This document shows positions 1 through 10,052 of a stretch of 64,000 nt of DNA, one piece after another. Source of the DNA: a virus. Positions within the stretch are counted from its first letter, which is position 1. Every line of letters starts with the position of its first letter. Where the stretch lies: the IMG/VR virus record IMGVR_UViG_3300027956_000006; one strand, written 5' to 3'. Position numbers and translations under genes: made by a program. The notes beneath the pieces were generated by a model that saw only the letters and a program-made list of their open reading frames with translations, was not told where the DNA came from and made no database searches.

Positions 1-450
1 GCTGGAGCTGCTACTGCGTGATGAACTCGATTCACTTGAGCTGGAGCTGCTTCTACTCGACGACGATTGAGAGCTGGAGCTGCTACTGCGTGATGAACTT
101 GATTCACTTGAGCTTGAACTGCTTCTACTCGACGACGATTGAGAGCTGGAGCTGCTACTGCGTGATGAAGAAGAACTTGCGCCAGAGCTGCTACTACTCG
201 AAGATGATTGAGAACTGGAGCTGCTACTACGTGATGAAGAAGAACTTGCGCCAGAGCTGCTACTACTCGAAGATGATTGAGAACTGGAACTGCTACTACG
301 TGATGAACTTGATTTACTTGAGCTTGAACTGCTTCTACTCGACGACGATTGAGAGCTGGAGCTGCTTTTACTAGAAGACGAAGAACTTTTTGAGCTTGAG
401 GAAGAACTTAACGCTACTATACTAGAAGATGAACTAGATGATTCACTTGT
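1..450 (-). repeat. Poly-Ser linker 4 (SSESSSSRSSSSSSQSSSS-type units)
   Basis: Repeated blocks gagctggagctgctactgcgtgatgaa and ctactcgacgacgattgaga. Confidence 0.9.
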
Positions 451-3400
451 GATATATTCAAATGCCCCTATATCAAAAACTGCTCCTCGCAACAATCCAT
501 CATAATCTCTAGTGAGTACTGCTGATAAGTCTGTTCCTGACCCTATCAATGTTGATGTGGCTTGTAGGTGGAAATCAGTTGTCGGACTTACCAACAACGG
601 ATTAATGTTACTCAAACAATTAGATCCAGCCCACTCCGGCTTTGTTCCATTACCATAGTAATCATCATAATCTGAAGTAACAGTTCCTAAAAAAGAACTA
701 AAATAATCAATCCCAGAATAAGAATAGAAAATATTATTACGAAAAGTAACATTAGCACTCTGATTATCACCCGCTAAATTTATTAAAGGATTAGCAGTTT
801 TAGCTAAATAAATAGTGTTATTATAAAACCGGATATTAGAAACTGGAGTTGAAGGACAATCCAACTGAACTGAAGGACGAATAGAAGAACCACAATTAAC
901 AACTAGATTATTATAAATATAAATGTCTTGATTTCTTGAATTAACAAACAATCCACCGTGCCCCATGTTATAACAGAAATTATCGTGAATATAAACTTCA
1001 TCAGCATACCCAGTACCATCACTATCAACGGGATGACTATAGATACCTGAAGCTTCATCATACAAATCATGAAACTCATTCCAACCAATTTCAATATTTG
1101 TAGTGTTACAGTTTGGATTATTTGTATTGCAACCAAAATAAGTAGCGTGGTCATATCTATCCCTTCCCCAATCAGAAAGAGTGCAACCAAGCAATTTAAC
1201 ATTCGATATATTTTGAAGTGTATAATTTCCAGCCCAAGTTGAAGCATCATTCCTATTACTTGTATGTAAACTTACTGCTCTAATAAATCCAATAGGAGTT
1301 CCTCCCATATATGAACCTGCAATTACTAAAGCAGAATCAGTAACATAACAATTCATTTTTGCTAAAGTAAAATAACCTGCATATCCATCAGCATCTTCAG
1401 GATTATCTCGAATGCAACTTCTCGTATCATCAGACGTATAACTATGATCTAATGTTGGTAATTCTCCCGGATAACCGACATATGCAGTCATATTATTTGC
1501 GCTTCCATTCTGATTATAAGAAAGATATAAATTCCCAGCATAGTCATCTTCTTCTGTATACGTCCCCCCTCTAATATAAAGAATACTTCCACTACTTATT
1601 TGAAGTCGTGCATAAGGAAGCGTCTCCCATGCGGTCGTGTCAGTTTGCCCGTTATTAGCGTTATTACCATTCGTATGATCGACAAACCTGATAGCCCCGG
1701 AAGTGCGGACATAAAAAGGTATCGTACTCGAAGTACCCGAACTTGTAGTTACGGATATTGTTTGCGCTCCAGAAGTACAAGAAGAATTTAAGTAAAAGGT
1801 TATTCGCTCTAATCCTCTTGCGTTATTTGTAGTTACTCCCCATTCCGCATAGTCTGCAGCAGTAGTTAAATTCTGCCCAGCTACTGTAACATAACTTGAA
1901 CCTCTTGTAGAACCAAAATTCTGTCCCCAGATCGTCACCGCTGCACCCTTTGTAGCACTCCCATTCCAACCGCTTCTTGGACCATCGGTCAAATCGGAGA
2001 AATACAAAACTGGTATAATTTCCTCATAAATATTTGCAGAACTACTTGAAGATGAAGAACTAGAACGAGAAGAACTAGATTTACTACTTGAAGAACTCCT
2101 ACTTGAAGAACTTTTTGAACTTGAGCTACTTTTACTAGATGAAGAACTTCTAGAACTACTACTGCTCTTAGATGATGAACTCGAACTTGATTTTGAGGAA
2201 CTCGAACTAGATTTACTGGAGCTAGAACTACTGCTTCTTGCACTAGAACTACTTTTACTAGAACTAGATGAAGAAGATGATTTACTACTAGAAGAAGAAC
2301 TCGACTTAGAACTACTAGAACTAGAAGATTTACTTGAACTTGAAGAAGAACTTTTAGAGCTAGATGATGAACTACTTCTCGAACTACTAGACTTGCTTGA
2401 ACTTGAAGACGATGATTTACTTGAACTACTGCTAGAAGACTTTGATGATGAACTACTACGACTTGAAGAACTTCTACTAGAACGAGAAGAACTGCTTCTG
2501 CTAGAAGATGATTTACTAGAACTTGAAGATGAAGAACTAGAACTCTTAGATGAAGAAGAACTACTTCTCGAAGAACTAGAAGAAGACCTAGAACTACTAC
2601 TAGAAGTAATGTCTCCATATAAATAAAATATCGAATCTATAGAGGTATACCTATCCCATTCACCAATACGATATGCCTCTAAATAATTAGGATGAGTTGG
2701 AGAAGTACTATCTACACAAACATCTATATAATTAGTAGAATTTACAGTTCCAGAAGCTACTATAACTGTTACTCCATAATCATTTGGACTTAAATGAACT
2801 GGAGAAGAGAATGTAAAAGTATATAATAAATATGAAGTTGTTAAAGTACTTGTATCTAATGTAGAAGAATTACCTAAAGTAATATCAAAATCTTGAAATA
2901 CTGGATCATAAGTATATAATCTTGCCAATAAAGTGCCAGTAGGATTTCCTACTTTTTTCAAATAAAATTTACATTGATATATATTCCAATCCTGTGTTAA
3001 AGTAACTTTTTGACCAACACCGGAGTAATATGCACCTTCTGATGGATGAACTATGCTTAAACTGAAATTACTTTGATTAGCACTTGAATAGCTATCTATT
3101 AATGTATAAGGAGAAGACGAACTACTTGAACTAGATGATTTAGAAGAGCTTGATTTACTGCTGGAACTACTTCTACTACTTGACGAACTACTTTCTGAAC
3201 TACTAGATTTACTTGATGATGAACTACTACGTGATGAACTCGATTCACTTGAACTCGATTCACTTGAACTCGATTCACTTGAACTCGATTCACTTGAGCT
3301 AGAACTGCTTCTACTCGACGACGATTGAGAGCTGGAGCTGCTACTGCGTGATGAACTCGATTCACTTGAGCTGGAGCTGCTACTACTCGACGACGATTGA

Positions 3401-5622
3401 GAGCTGGAGCTGCTACTGCGTGATGAACTCGATTCACTTGAGCTGGAGCTGCTACTACGTGATGAAGAAGAACTTGAGCTACGACTACTAGATACTCCAC
3501 CTACAAATTCTATCCATGGGCAATAATCATCAGTTGAGGTATCATTTTCTGGTAAATCATTTATAGAATTATCTCCAATTCTTAAGTATCCCGTGTGACT
3601 TTGCATAAGAGTTGGGTTTCCACCTATACCTATTTCAAATATCAATCTATCACCTTCTTGCACGCTAATTTCATTGGATGTAGCAGAATCGCTTCTATTG
3701 GTATTATTGAAAAGCCCAATTAATTCAGTATTATCTCTTCTAAGATCAACTACTGTTCCTCTTATAATAGAACCGTCATTAGAACAAAGATAAACACCCC
3801 AAACAAGATATTCATTACAATCAGTATTCTGTTGACTACAACATATTTGTATTTTAACTGTTTGAGATGGAATAATTTGTGCAGATAGTGGGTCTGATAT
3901 ATATTGTATTCCAAGACAATCTTTATCTGTATCAGACGATTCCATTATAATTACATTAGTAAAAGGTGAACTTATTTTTTCTGTCACTGCTCTTAAACGA
4001 CTAGCAAAAGAGGTATCTTCCCAATTAACGTTATATGCAGGAGTTTCTGTTGATACACCAGTTGATGGGAGATAGAATCTTGTCCCATCTACATCACTTA
4101 TTTCGCCTAAACTTGACCTAGATGATTTAGAGCTTGAGCTGCTTCTACTTGACGACGATTGAGAGCTTGAGCTGCTACTGCGTGATGAACTCGATTTACT
4201 TGAGCTGGAGCTGCTTCTGCTCGACGACGATTGAGAACTGGAACTGCTACTGCGTGATGAACTCGATTCACTTGAACTCGATATTGACGAACTAGAACTC
4301 TCACTAGAACTCTCACTAGAACTCTCACTAGAACTACTTCTTGATGAGCTGGAACTTCTTGATGAAGATGAGCTGGAGCTGCCCGATGCGGTATTAAAAG
4401 CTACAAAGACGCAAGCATAGTGGTCTGATGGATTGCTTGTCATCGTAGCTGTATAGTCACCAGATGCTGTAAACGCTTTATCTTGAGTTTGATGAGTATG
4501 CCCGGCTTGTTCTGTCCTCTCTGTCCACCCCTGACCTGTGGTAGCTGATAACGCCGTTGCTCCCGCTTCATTAGCCCAATACGCAAATAATATTCCAGCG
4601 TTTGTACTTACTGCTAAATTTCCCGTTGTGTGAGTAGCAGTTGCAACTGTTTCTCCATAATTTAAAGAATTATCATAAGGGTCAGAAGTATCCATCCCTG
4701 AATACACATGGCAAGATAACCCAGGGTCGCCTTTAGACGAGCAAGTTATTGTACAGGTAGAATTAGTGGTGTTTGCAATCGCATACCAAACTTGGATTGC
4801 ACAATAAGCTGCTCCTCCATCACCATTCCAGTTCCCGATAGAATTGGCAAGAGTATATGTATTACTATTCTCGTCTGAAATAGTAGCATTAGCAGCAGCA
4901 TCATTAAAAGAATACCCCACTACTATTAAATCACCGGCAGTAACATTAACCGTGATTGCCCTTGTCGAACCATTGTAAACACTACTAAAACTATCATTTG
5001 CAATTACTGGATAAGTTGCAGTATCAAGGAAACTTTGAGGTATTGTAATAATATACTTATTTCCTTCAATCAATAATTTAGCGGGGCAAGTGTTACCTTT
5101 AGCATCTTTAAATATCGGCTGATAGAAAAACCCGAACTTCTCTCCCGTTGAAATCCTGTTTATTTTATACCCACCAATTTGTTCGGGGATATGCTGTGCT
5201 ACACCGTCTTTGAGTATTGATGCTGGTCGAACAAACTCTAAATCTTCCGCACCTGATATATTAAATTTCCAGCGATTCGATTTGGGTTTTTCATTCAATA
5301 TCAGCCCAAATTTCATCGTCTGGTCATCATATTGATTAAAATAGAAATCTTCTTCCCCACCGTACATCTTCAACCCTTCACCGTCTATCAGGGTCTTATC
5401 GGTCATACCGCCAGAAGTAGGATAACTTAAAATTAAACTTTCTTCTCCATCCCACTTGGTAAATTTAATAGTAGGCTCAATATATTCTTTAATAGAAGAA
5501 TCAGATAAAATTTTAGCGAACACCACATTTTCATTCCCAACTATTACTTCATCGTTGGCTTCGCCTAATGTAGTTTTATAGTTATCAAATTCTACTTTTG
5601 TTTTGTCTTTAAATAAAGCCAT
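1..5622 (-). CDS. Giant modular serine-rich protein, >=1874 aa, runs off the window; probable virion fibre/adhesin (modules incl. IPT/TIG + parallel beta-helix, joined by poly-Ser linkers)
   Basis: ATG at 5622 with GAGG RBS (MALFKDKTKVEFDNY...). No in-frame stop found on manual reading down to position 1. Motifs IPQSFLDTATYPVI, YLKKVGNPTG, VTIWGQNFGSTRG, ILYIRGGTY, IYIYNNLVV/IRFYNNTIY/VTFRNNIFY, DFHLQATSTLIGSG...DIGAFEY. Confidence 0.9.
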   Translation of the reverse strand, partial: MALFKDKTKVEFDNYKTTLGEANDEVIVGNENVVFAKILSDSSIKEYIEPTIKFTKWDGEESLILSYPTSGGMTDKTLIDGEGLKMYGGEEDFYFNQYDDQTMKFGLILNEKPKSNRWKFNISGAEDLEFVRPASILKDGVAQHIPEQIGGYKINRISTGEKFGFFYQPIFKDAKGNTCPAKLLIEGNKYIITIPQSFLDTATYPVIANDSFSSVYNGSTRAITVNVTAGDLIVVGYSFNDAAANATISDENSNTYTLANSIGNWNGDGGAAYCAIQVWYAIANTTNSTCTITCSSKGDPGLSCHVYSGMDTSDPYDNSLNYGETVATATHTTGNLAVSTNAGILFAYWANEAGATALSATTGQGWTERTEQAGHTHQTQDKAFTASGDYTATMTSNPSDHYACVFVAFNTASGSSSSSSSRSSSSSRSSSSESSSESSSESSSSSISSSSESSSSRSSSSSSQSSSSRSSSSSSKSSSSRSSSSSSQSSSSRSSSSSKSSRSSLGEISDVDGTRFYLPSTGVSTETPAYNVNWEDTSFASRLRAVTEKISSPFTNVIIMESSDTDKDCLGIQYISDPLSAQIIPSQTVKIQICCSQQNTDCNEYLVWGVYLCSNDGSIIRGTVVDLRRDNTELIGLFNNTNRSDSATSNEISVQEGDRLIFEIGIGGNPTLMQSHTGYLRIGDNSINDLPENDTSTDDYCPWIEFVGGVSSSRSSSSSSSRSSSSSSSESSSSRSSSSSSQSSSSSSSSSSSESSSSRSSSSSSQSSSSRSSSSSSESSSSESSSSESSSSESSSSRSSSSSSKSSSSESSSSSSRSSSSSKSSSSKSSSSSSSSSPYTLIDSYSSANQSNFSLSIVHPSEGAYYSGVGQKVTLTQDWNIYQCKFYLKKVGNPTGTLLARLYTYDPVFQDFDITLGNSSTLDTSTLTTSYLLYTFTFSSPVHLSPNDYGVTVIVASGTVNSTNYIDVCVDSTSPTHPNYLEAYRIGEWDRYTSIDSIFYLYGDITSSSSSRSSSSSSRSSSSSSKSSSSSSSSSSKSSSSRSSSSRSSRSSSSRSSSSSKSSSSSSSKSSSSSSSKSSSSRSSSSSSSKSSSSSSSKSSSSSSSKSSSSSSSKSSSSSSSSKSSSSARSSSSSSSKSSSSSSKSSSSSSSKSSSSSRSSSSSKSSSSSKSSSSRSSSSSKSSSSRSSSSSSSSSANIYEEIIPVLYFSDLTDGPRSGWNGSATKGAAVTIWGQNFGSTRGSSYVTVAGQNLTTAADYAEWGVTTNNARGLERITFYLNSSCTSGAQTISVTTSSGTSSTIPFYVRTSGAIRFVDHTNGNNANNGQTDTTAWETLPYARLQISSGSILYIRGGTYTEEDDYAGNLYLSYNQNGSANNMTAYVGYPGELPTLDHSYTSDDTRSCIRDNPEDADGYAGYFTLAKMNCYVTDSALVIAGSYMGGTPIGFIRAVSLHTSNRNDASTWAGNYTLQNISNVKLLGCTLSDWGRDRYDHATYFGCNTNNPNCNTTNIEIGWNEFHDLYDEASGIYSHPVDSDGTGYADEVYIHDNFCYNMGHGGLFVNSRNQDIYIYNNLVVNCGSSIRPSVQLDCPSTPVSNIRFYNNTIYLAKTANPLINLAGDNQSANVTFRNNIFYSYSGIDYFSSFLGTVTSDYDDYYGNGTKPEWAGSNCLSNINPLLVSPTTDFHLQATSTLIGSGTDLSAVLTRDYDGLLRGAVFDIGAFEYITSESSSSSSSIVALSSSSSSKSSSSSSKSSSSSQSSSSRSSSSSSKSSSSRSSSSSSQSSSSSSSSGASSSSSRSSSSSSQSSSSSSSSGASSSSSRSSSSSSQSSSSRSSSSSSESSSSRSSSSSSQSSSSRSSSSSSESSSSRSSSSS
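2036..2607 (-). repeat. Poly-Ser linker 3 (~190 codons; TCT/AGT/TCA-rich, with Lys/Arg)
   Basis: Low-complexity gaa/act/aga/tga repeats in frame with the giant ORF. Confidence 0.9.
3112..3492 (-). repeat. Poly-Ser linker 2, includes a 15-bp tandem unit (SSESS) x4
   Basis: tgaactcgattcact tandem at ~3234-3296. Confidence 0.9.
4111..4386 (-). repeat. Poly-Ser linker 1, includes a 12-bp tandem unit (SSES) x3
   Basis: actagaactctc tandem at ~4291-4335. Confidence 0.9.
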
Positions 5623-5635
5623 TTATCCTCTGAAT

Positions 5636-5884
5636 TTATTCACTTTTAGAATCAAACTTCTTTTGTTCATCAACTATTGCCTCAATAAATTGATTCATTA
5701 TATATCTATTTTCAAATGGTGCGTGCACATGTATATTCCCATCTTTATTCATTATTACCACCATATGTGGGACATCATCTTCACATAGCATACATTTAAA
5801 TTTATTTTTATCAGTAGCCGTAGCGCTAGTTTTACTTAAACTTCCATGTAATACTTCTTTTACATTTTTTATTTTAGTCTTCAT
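5636..5884 (-). CDS. Hypothetical protein (CxxC, HxH)
   Basis: ORF overlaps the end of the upstream gene. Confidence 0.6.
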   Translation of the reverse strand: MKTKIKNVKEVLHGSLSKTSATATDKNKFKCMLCEDDVPHMVVIMNKDGNIHVHAPFENRYIMNQFIEAIVDEQKKFDSKSE

Positions 5885-6623
5885 TTTTCATCTCCTTTGT
5901 TACTGTGTTTTGATTTTTGTTAGACAACGCTGTTGCTAACTTTGGGTAATATTGACGTATTAATTTTTCCAATCTATAACTGATGGATATACCACAACCA
6001 GTTCTATTTAACGCATGCGTTTCCCATGCTAATTTGTTTGTTGGATGAAAATGACATACATGTATTGGTTTAATACTTTTATTATACCTTTTTATAAATC
6101 CAGAACAACCAACATTATAAGTATAATTTAAAGTACTAACTCTATTTGGATATTTTCTTAAAATATAATTAAGGGTAGGCTCTTCTTTTCTTTCTTTCTT
6201 TTTAAGAAGGTGCGCGACTATCCTATCAATTATATCTATGGATTCTGGTTTCCAAAATAAACTCCCCCCATTAACTTTAGGTCTACTATATTGAGCGTAA
6301 CCAACATCTTTAAATTCAGGGCAGTTAAATTCTACATTTTGCCACGCATCCAAATCGTGTGACCATACAACATCTTTACATCCATTTTCGAATAGATACT
6401 TAACTCCAAACATCTTAGAACCAGTAAAACAGAAATCATTAAGGGGAATTATAATAGGCTTAATTCCCATATACTCAAAATCTATATTAGATAAAATAAT
6501 TATATCTTCTGATTTCCATCCTAATTCTAAACTGTTTTCTATTTGAGCTTTAACTAATAGAAGTAAACTATCTAAAGAATGATGGCACTTTTCTCTAAAG
6601 TTTAAAACTGTTAGATTTTTCAT
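5874..6623 (-). CDS. GT-A-type nucleotide-sugar transferase-like protein
   Basis: WSHDLDAW (DxD) and VNGGSLFW motifs; cluster context. Confidence 0.55.
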   Translation of the reverse strand: MKNLTVLNFREKCHHSLDSLLLLVKAQIENSLELGWKSEDIIILSNIDFEYMGIKPIIIPLNDFCFTGSKMFGVKYLFENGCKDVVWSHDLDAWQNVEFNCPEFKDVGYAQYSRPKVNGGSLFWKPESIDIIDRIVAHLLKKKERKEEPTLNYILRKYPNRVSTLNYTYNVGCSGFIKRYNKSIKPIHVCHFHPTNKLAWETHALNRTGCGISISYRLEKLIRQYYPKLATALSNKNQNTVTKEMKNED

Positions 6624-7447
6624 ATTTTAATTTTCTCACTGTATTTGAAATTCTTAAATACTTTTGCCGAACCCCACCGTATTCCTTTATTAGCAATCAA
6701 TTTTCCACGAGATAAATTAAACAATGAAAGTAATGCATTTCTTGATTCTGTGTATTTCCAATTTGAATACTGATATCTACCACTAGCATGAGGACTATGA
6801 TTTTTGACCATAGTGCAATAATTACTCCCAGTATATAAAATTTTAAATCCTGAATGAAATGCTCGCATTAATAAATCTTTATCATCATAACCATATCCTA
6901 TCATATCTTCATCATATCCACCTAAAGATAAGAAATCTTTTTTAAACATTCCTAATCTACCTCTATTTCTCCTGCCACTTTTAACAAAAACTACCTTTTC
7001 TGATATTTGATTAGCTAATTCATTTACTTTAGTAGCAAATCCTTTATTAACAAAATGGTCAGTATCTACATTTAAAACTATATCTCCTGTAGCCAAACGA
7101 AAGGTAATATTTCTAGAATGAGACATGCTATAATATTTAGCTGTAGTTTCATAATAATTTACTAATCCCCTGTCAATATAGGGGGTTAATTTCTCTTTAG
7201 CCCAACTATTAATATTATCTTTACTTCCATAATTCAATAACACCCATTCTATATTAGGGTAATCTATATTATCTTCAATATTTTTTATATAAACATCTTG
7301 TAAAGTATAAAGTCTATCCATAGAATTAGTGCAAATACTGATTTTATAGAACTTTTTTATTTCAACTACTTTAGGGGCAGTATATATAGGAATAAAATAT
7401 TTATTCCATATATCCTGAGTTATTAGATCTAAAACAGGTCTACTCAT
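6620..7447 (-). CDS. Glycosyltransferase, GT2/GT7-C type
   Basis: NVDTDH; LGGYDEDMIGYGYDDKDL. Confidence 0.85.
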   Translation of the reverse strand: MSRPVLDLITQDIWNKYFIPIYTAPKVVEIKKFYKISICTNSMDRLYTLQDVYIKNIEDNIDYPNIEWVLLNYGSKDNINSWAKEKLTPYIDRGLVNYYETTAKYYSMSHSRNITFRLATGDIVLNVDTDHFVNKGFATKVNELANQISEKVVFVKSGRRNRGRLGMFKKDFLSLGGYDEDMIGYGYDDKDLLMRAFHSGFKILYTGSNYCTMVKNHSPHASGRYQYSNWKYTESRNALLSLFNLSRGKLIANKGIRWGSAKVFKNFKYSEKIKI

Positions 7448-8204
7448 TTTTATAGAAAACCATTAAATTAGTTAAAATATAATTAGGACATCCTGATCTT
7501 TGCCAAGCACTAAATAATTTATTTACTGCATTTTCAGAATATTTCCAACATCTATCTTCTAACTTATTTATCCAATAAATTTTAGGTTGCCTATTTATAT
7601 GATATTTACCCCCTGCATTAGAAGCAGTGAGAATTACAATTCTTTCAGATGCATTCACTAAATTATCCACAAAAATATCTGCTTGTTCCTCTATTAAATG
7701 TTCAGCTACTTCAATAGATATAGCACAATCCCATTTACCACAATCTATAGATTCTCCCGCATTACCGTAACTAATATATTGTCTAATCCCTTCTGGTATA
7801 GCTTCTTTAGTAGTATTAAACAGTAAATCAAATCCTCTAACTTTTTCAACTCCTCCTAATATTAATCCTTCCAAATAAGACCCTAAGCCACACCCAAAAT
7901 CTACTGCATTTTTAATATTAAAAATAGGAACCAAAGCTTTTCCTAACTTAATTTCCCAATTTCTCATACTACCATGTCTCTTCCAATAATTATAATCTGA
8001 ATATAAATCATCAGGTTTAGTAAGATATAAAAATTTGCGTCTTAATAATTTAAGATTATTTCTAGCATTCCAAAATTCAATTTCTAAATTTTTAATGTCT
8101 TTTTGGTTATTTCTTTGTGCTAACTTTAAATTTCGTCTAGCTTCTCTAAAAACTATTTCTGAATTTTTTAAATCTCCTTCTATTTTAAATATTAGTTTTT
8201 CCAT
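7440..8204 (-). CDS. Class I SAM methyltransferase
   Basis: VDFGCGLG; SIEVAEHL; HINRQP. Confidence 0.85.
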   Translation of the reverse strand: MEKLIFKIEGDLKNSEIVFREARRNLKLAQRNNQKDIKNLEIEFWNARNNLKLLRRKFLYLTKPDDLYSDYNYWKRHGSMRNWEIKLGKALVPIFNIKNAVDFGCGLGSYLEGLILGGVEKVRGFDLLFNTTKEAIPEGIRQYISYGNAGESIDCGKWDCAISIEVAEHLIEEQADIFVDNLVNASERIVILTASNAGGKYHINRQPKIYWINKLEDRCWKYSENAVNKLFSAWQRSGCPNYILTNLMVFYKNE

Positions 8205-8848
8205 GCTATTTTATATTGTATTGTCCCTTCTTTATTATAACAATAATATTGTTTAATTTTATGATGTGTAAATAATTTCTTTATCCAATTGTCATATTCT
8301 TCTAATGATAACCACTCATTAAAATTAGTACTTGGAGACCTATAATGAATTTGAAAACATATATATTTAGCATTATAAAGAATCTCTTCTGATTTTTTAT
8401 CTCCAATAAGATACTTTTCTCCGCCCTCGCAGTTAAATTTTAATAAATAATTATCCGTCAATTTACAGTTATATATATTAAATAATTCCCATAAAGAAAT
8501 AGTTGGTATTAAAATCCCTTCATCTGTCTCTGTACATAATCCATCTAAAATATGACCACGTTCTTTAAAATGAATCGGTTTCCCATTACCCAGAGCTTTT
8601 TCTTCTAAATAAATATTATGACAAAAAAAGCTATTTTTCATCACTTCAGTAGCTTTAAAAAAAGGTTCGATAGCAATAATTTTGGTAAAAGGATGCCTCA
8701 TCTTCATAAATACAGAAAAAATACCAATATTCGCCCCAAAATCAAATATAGTATCTAAACTTCCGTTAGGTATATCTTTAACCCTATAGCAATCTTTTAA
8801 AATTATTTTTCTATATTCATTGCCTGGTTTTTTTATTTCAATAAGCAT
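8192..8848 (-). CDS. FkbM-family methyltransferase
   Basis: FDFGANIG, IAIEP, LKFNCEGGE. Confidence 0.85.
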   Translation of the reverse strand: MLIEIKKPGNEYRKIILKDCYRVKDIPNGSLDTIFDFGANIGIFSVFMKMRHPFTKIIAIEPFFKATEVMKNSFFCHNIYLEEKALGNGKPIHFKERGHILDGLCTETDEGILIPTISLWELFNIYNCKLTDNYLLKFNCEGGEKYLIGDKKSEEILYNAKYICFQIHYRSPSTNFNEWLSLEEYDNWIKKLFTHHKIKQYYCYNKEGTIQYKIAWKN

Positions 8849-9510
8849 TGTCTAACTACCTCTTTAGTTAAAGATATGTACCAACTATCTCCAGAAGGTC
8901 TACAGTTATCGTACGCATAGCATATTTCCAATACTCTTGGATGTTTCATAGCTTCGGCTAAAGAAAACCCAAAAGATTGATTTCCTATAAATAATTTACT
9001 TCCTTTTATAATTCTAGCCATTTCTAATCCATCTTTACAAAATTTATATCTATATAAAGCAGGAAATCGTTTCAATTTAAACCTTTCATATTCTTTTTTA
9101 GTACCTAAAAACAATATTTTATCAACATATTCTTTTAATAAAGTCCAATCTATTTCTTCTTTATCGTGGTAACGTCTTGTTCTTGATACAATTATTTCAG
9201 CTTCTTTTATCGGTTCTATATTAAAAAGCCATGGTTTAGATAAATCTACAAAAGTATTTAATACTTCTGCGTGACTTTGTGCTAAATGTTTTTTATGATT
9301 AGAGTGATAATCTATTTTTCTATATTTATCTAAATTAATTCCTTTACATGTACAATTAATTTTAATATTAGGTTGAATTTCTAAAAGAGAATACAAAGTA
9401 TCATAATGAGCTTTTTTAACTATATTAATAATCCCACCACCCAAAGATAGAATAGCGGGTAAAGAATAAATTATATCACCTAAAGAACCTTTATGACTAT
9501 ATTCATTCAT
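8833..9510 (-). CDS. GT9-like (heptosyltransferase-fold) glycosyltransferase
   Basis: GSLGDIIYSLP; LFIGNQS...LAEAM. Confidence 0.7.
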   Translation of the reverse strand: MNEYSHKGSLGDIIYSLPAILSLGGGIINIVKKAHYDTLYSLLEIQPNIKINCTCKGINLDKYRKIDYHSNHKKHLAQSHAEVLNTFVDLSKPWLFNIEPIKEAEIIVSRTRRYHDKEEIDWTLLKEYVDKILFLGTKKEYERFKLKRFPALYRYKFCKDGLEMARIIKGSKLFIGNQSFGFSLAEAMKHPRVLEICYAYDNCRPSGDSWYISLTKEVVRQCLLK

Positions 9511-10052
9511 TGTTGATAATAAGGTCTATTTAAATCCTTTTTAAGTACTACAGTTAACCCACACCAAGCTGCAGTATAAGGAAAAGTCATGGTATAAACA
9601 TCTGAATTCTTTTCTAAATCTTGTCTAATTTTATAGGTATCCGACTCTTTTCCTATTTTTAAATAACGTTTATACCACCTTTTACATATATAAGTATCAT
9701 GTAAAAACATTATCCCACCACAAACTAACTTAGGTAAAAAGAAATCTACCTCCTGTTTAACTACTGAATAAGAGTGATTACCATCAATAAAGATTATTGC
9801 GGGGCAATCTTTAAATTGCTTTATAAAATCAAAAGATAAACAATTATATAAATTTATATTATTTCCTATATTATTTTTAATCCAATCACAAACTCTCTTT
9901 TTTTTATCACATGCATAATGTTTTCTATTAAATTGTTTAGCATATGTATTAAGTATCGTAGTAGAATTGCCCAACCCTATTTCCACTATACATCCTTTAA
10001 TATTTGACAAAACTATTGGAACTAAAGAATTTATTATTTCCCATTCCTTCAT
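9507..10052 (-). CDS. Methyltransf_24-type methyltransferase
   Basis: VEIGLG; IFIDGNHSY; GGIMFLHD. Confidence 0.85.
   Translation of the reverse strand: MKEWEIINSLVPIVLSNIKGCIVEIGLGNSTTILNTYAKQFNRKHYACDKKKRVCDWIKNNIGNNINLYNCLSFDFIKQFKDCPAIIFIDGNHSYSVVKQEVDFFLPKLVCGGIMFLHDTYICKRWYKRYLKIGKESDTYKIRQDLEKNSDVYTMTFPYTAAWCGLTVVLKKDLNRPYYQQ

Noticed and set aside
18-4328. Track ORFs 18-374, 903-1250, 1600-1791, 1989-2618, 2393-2626, 3099-3500, 4107-4328
   Set aside because: Shadow frames of the giant Ser-rich ORF; their Leu/Val/Glu repeats are off-frame readings of Ser codons.
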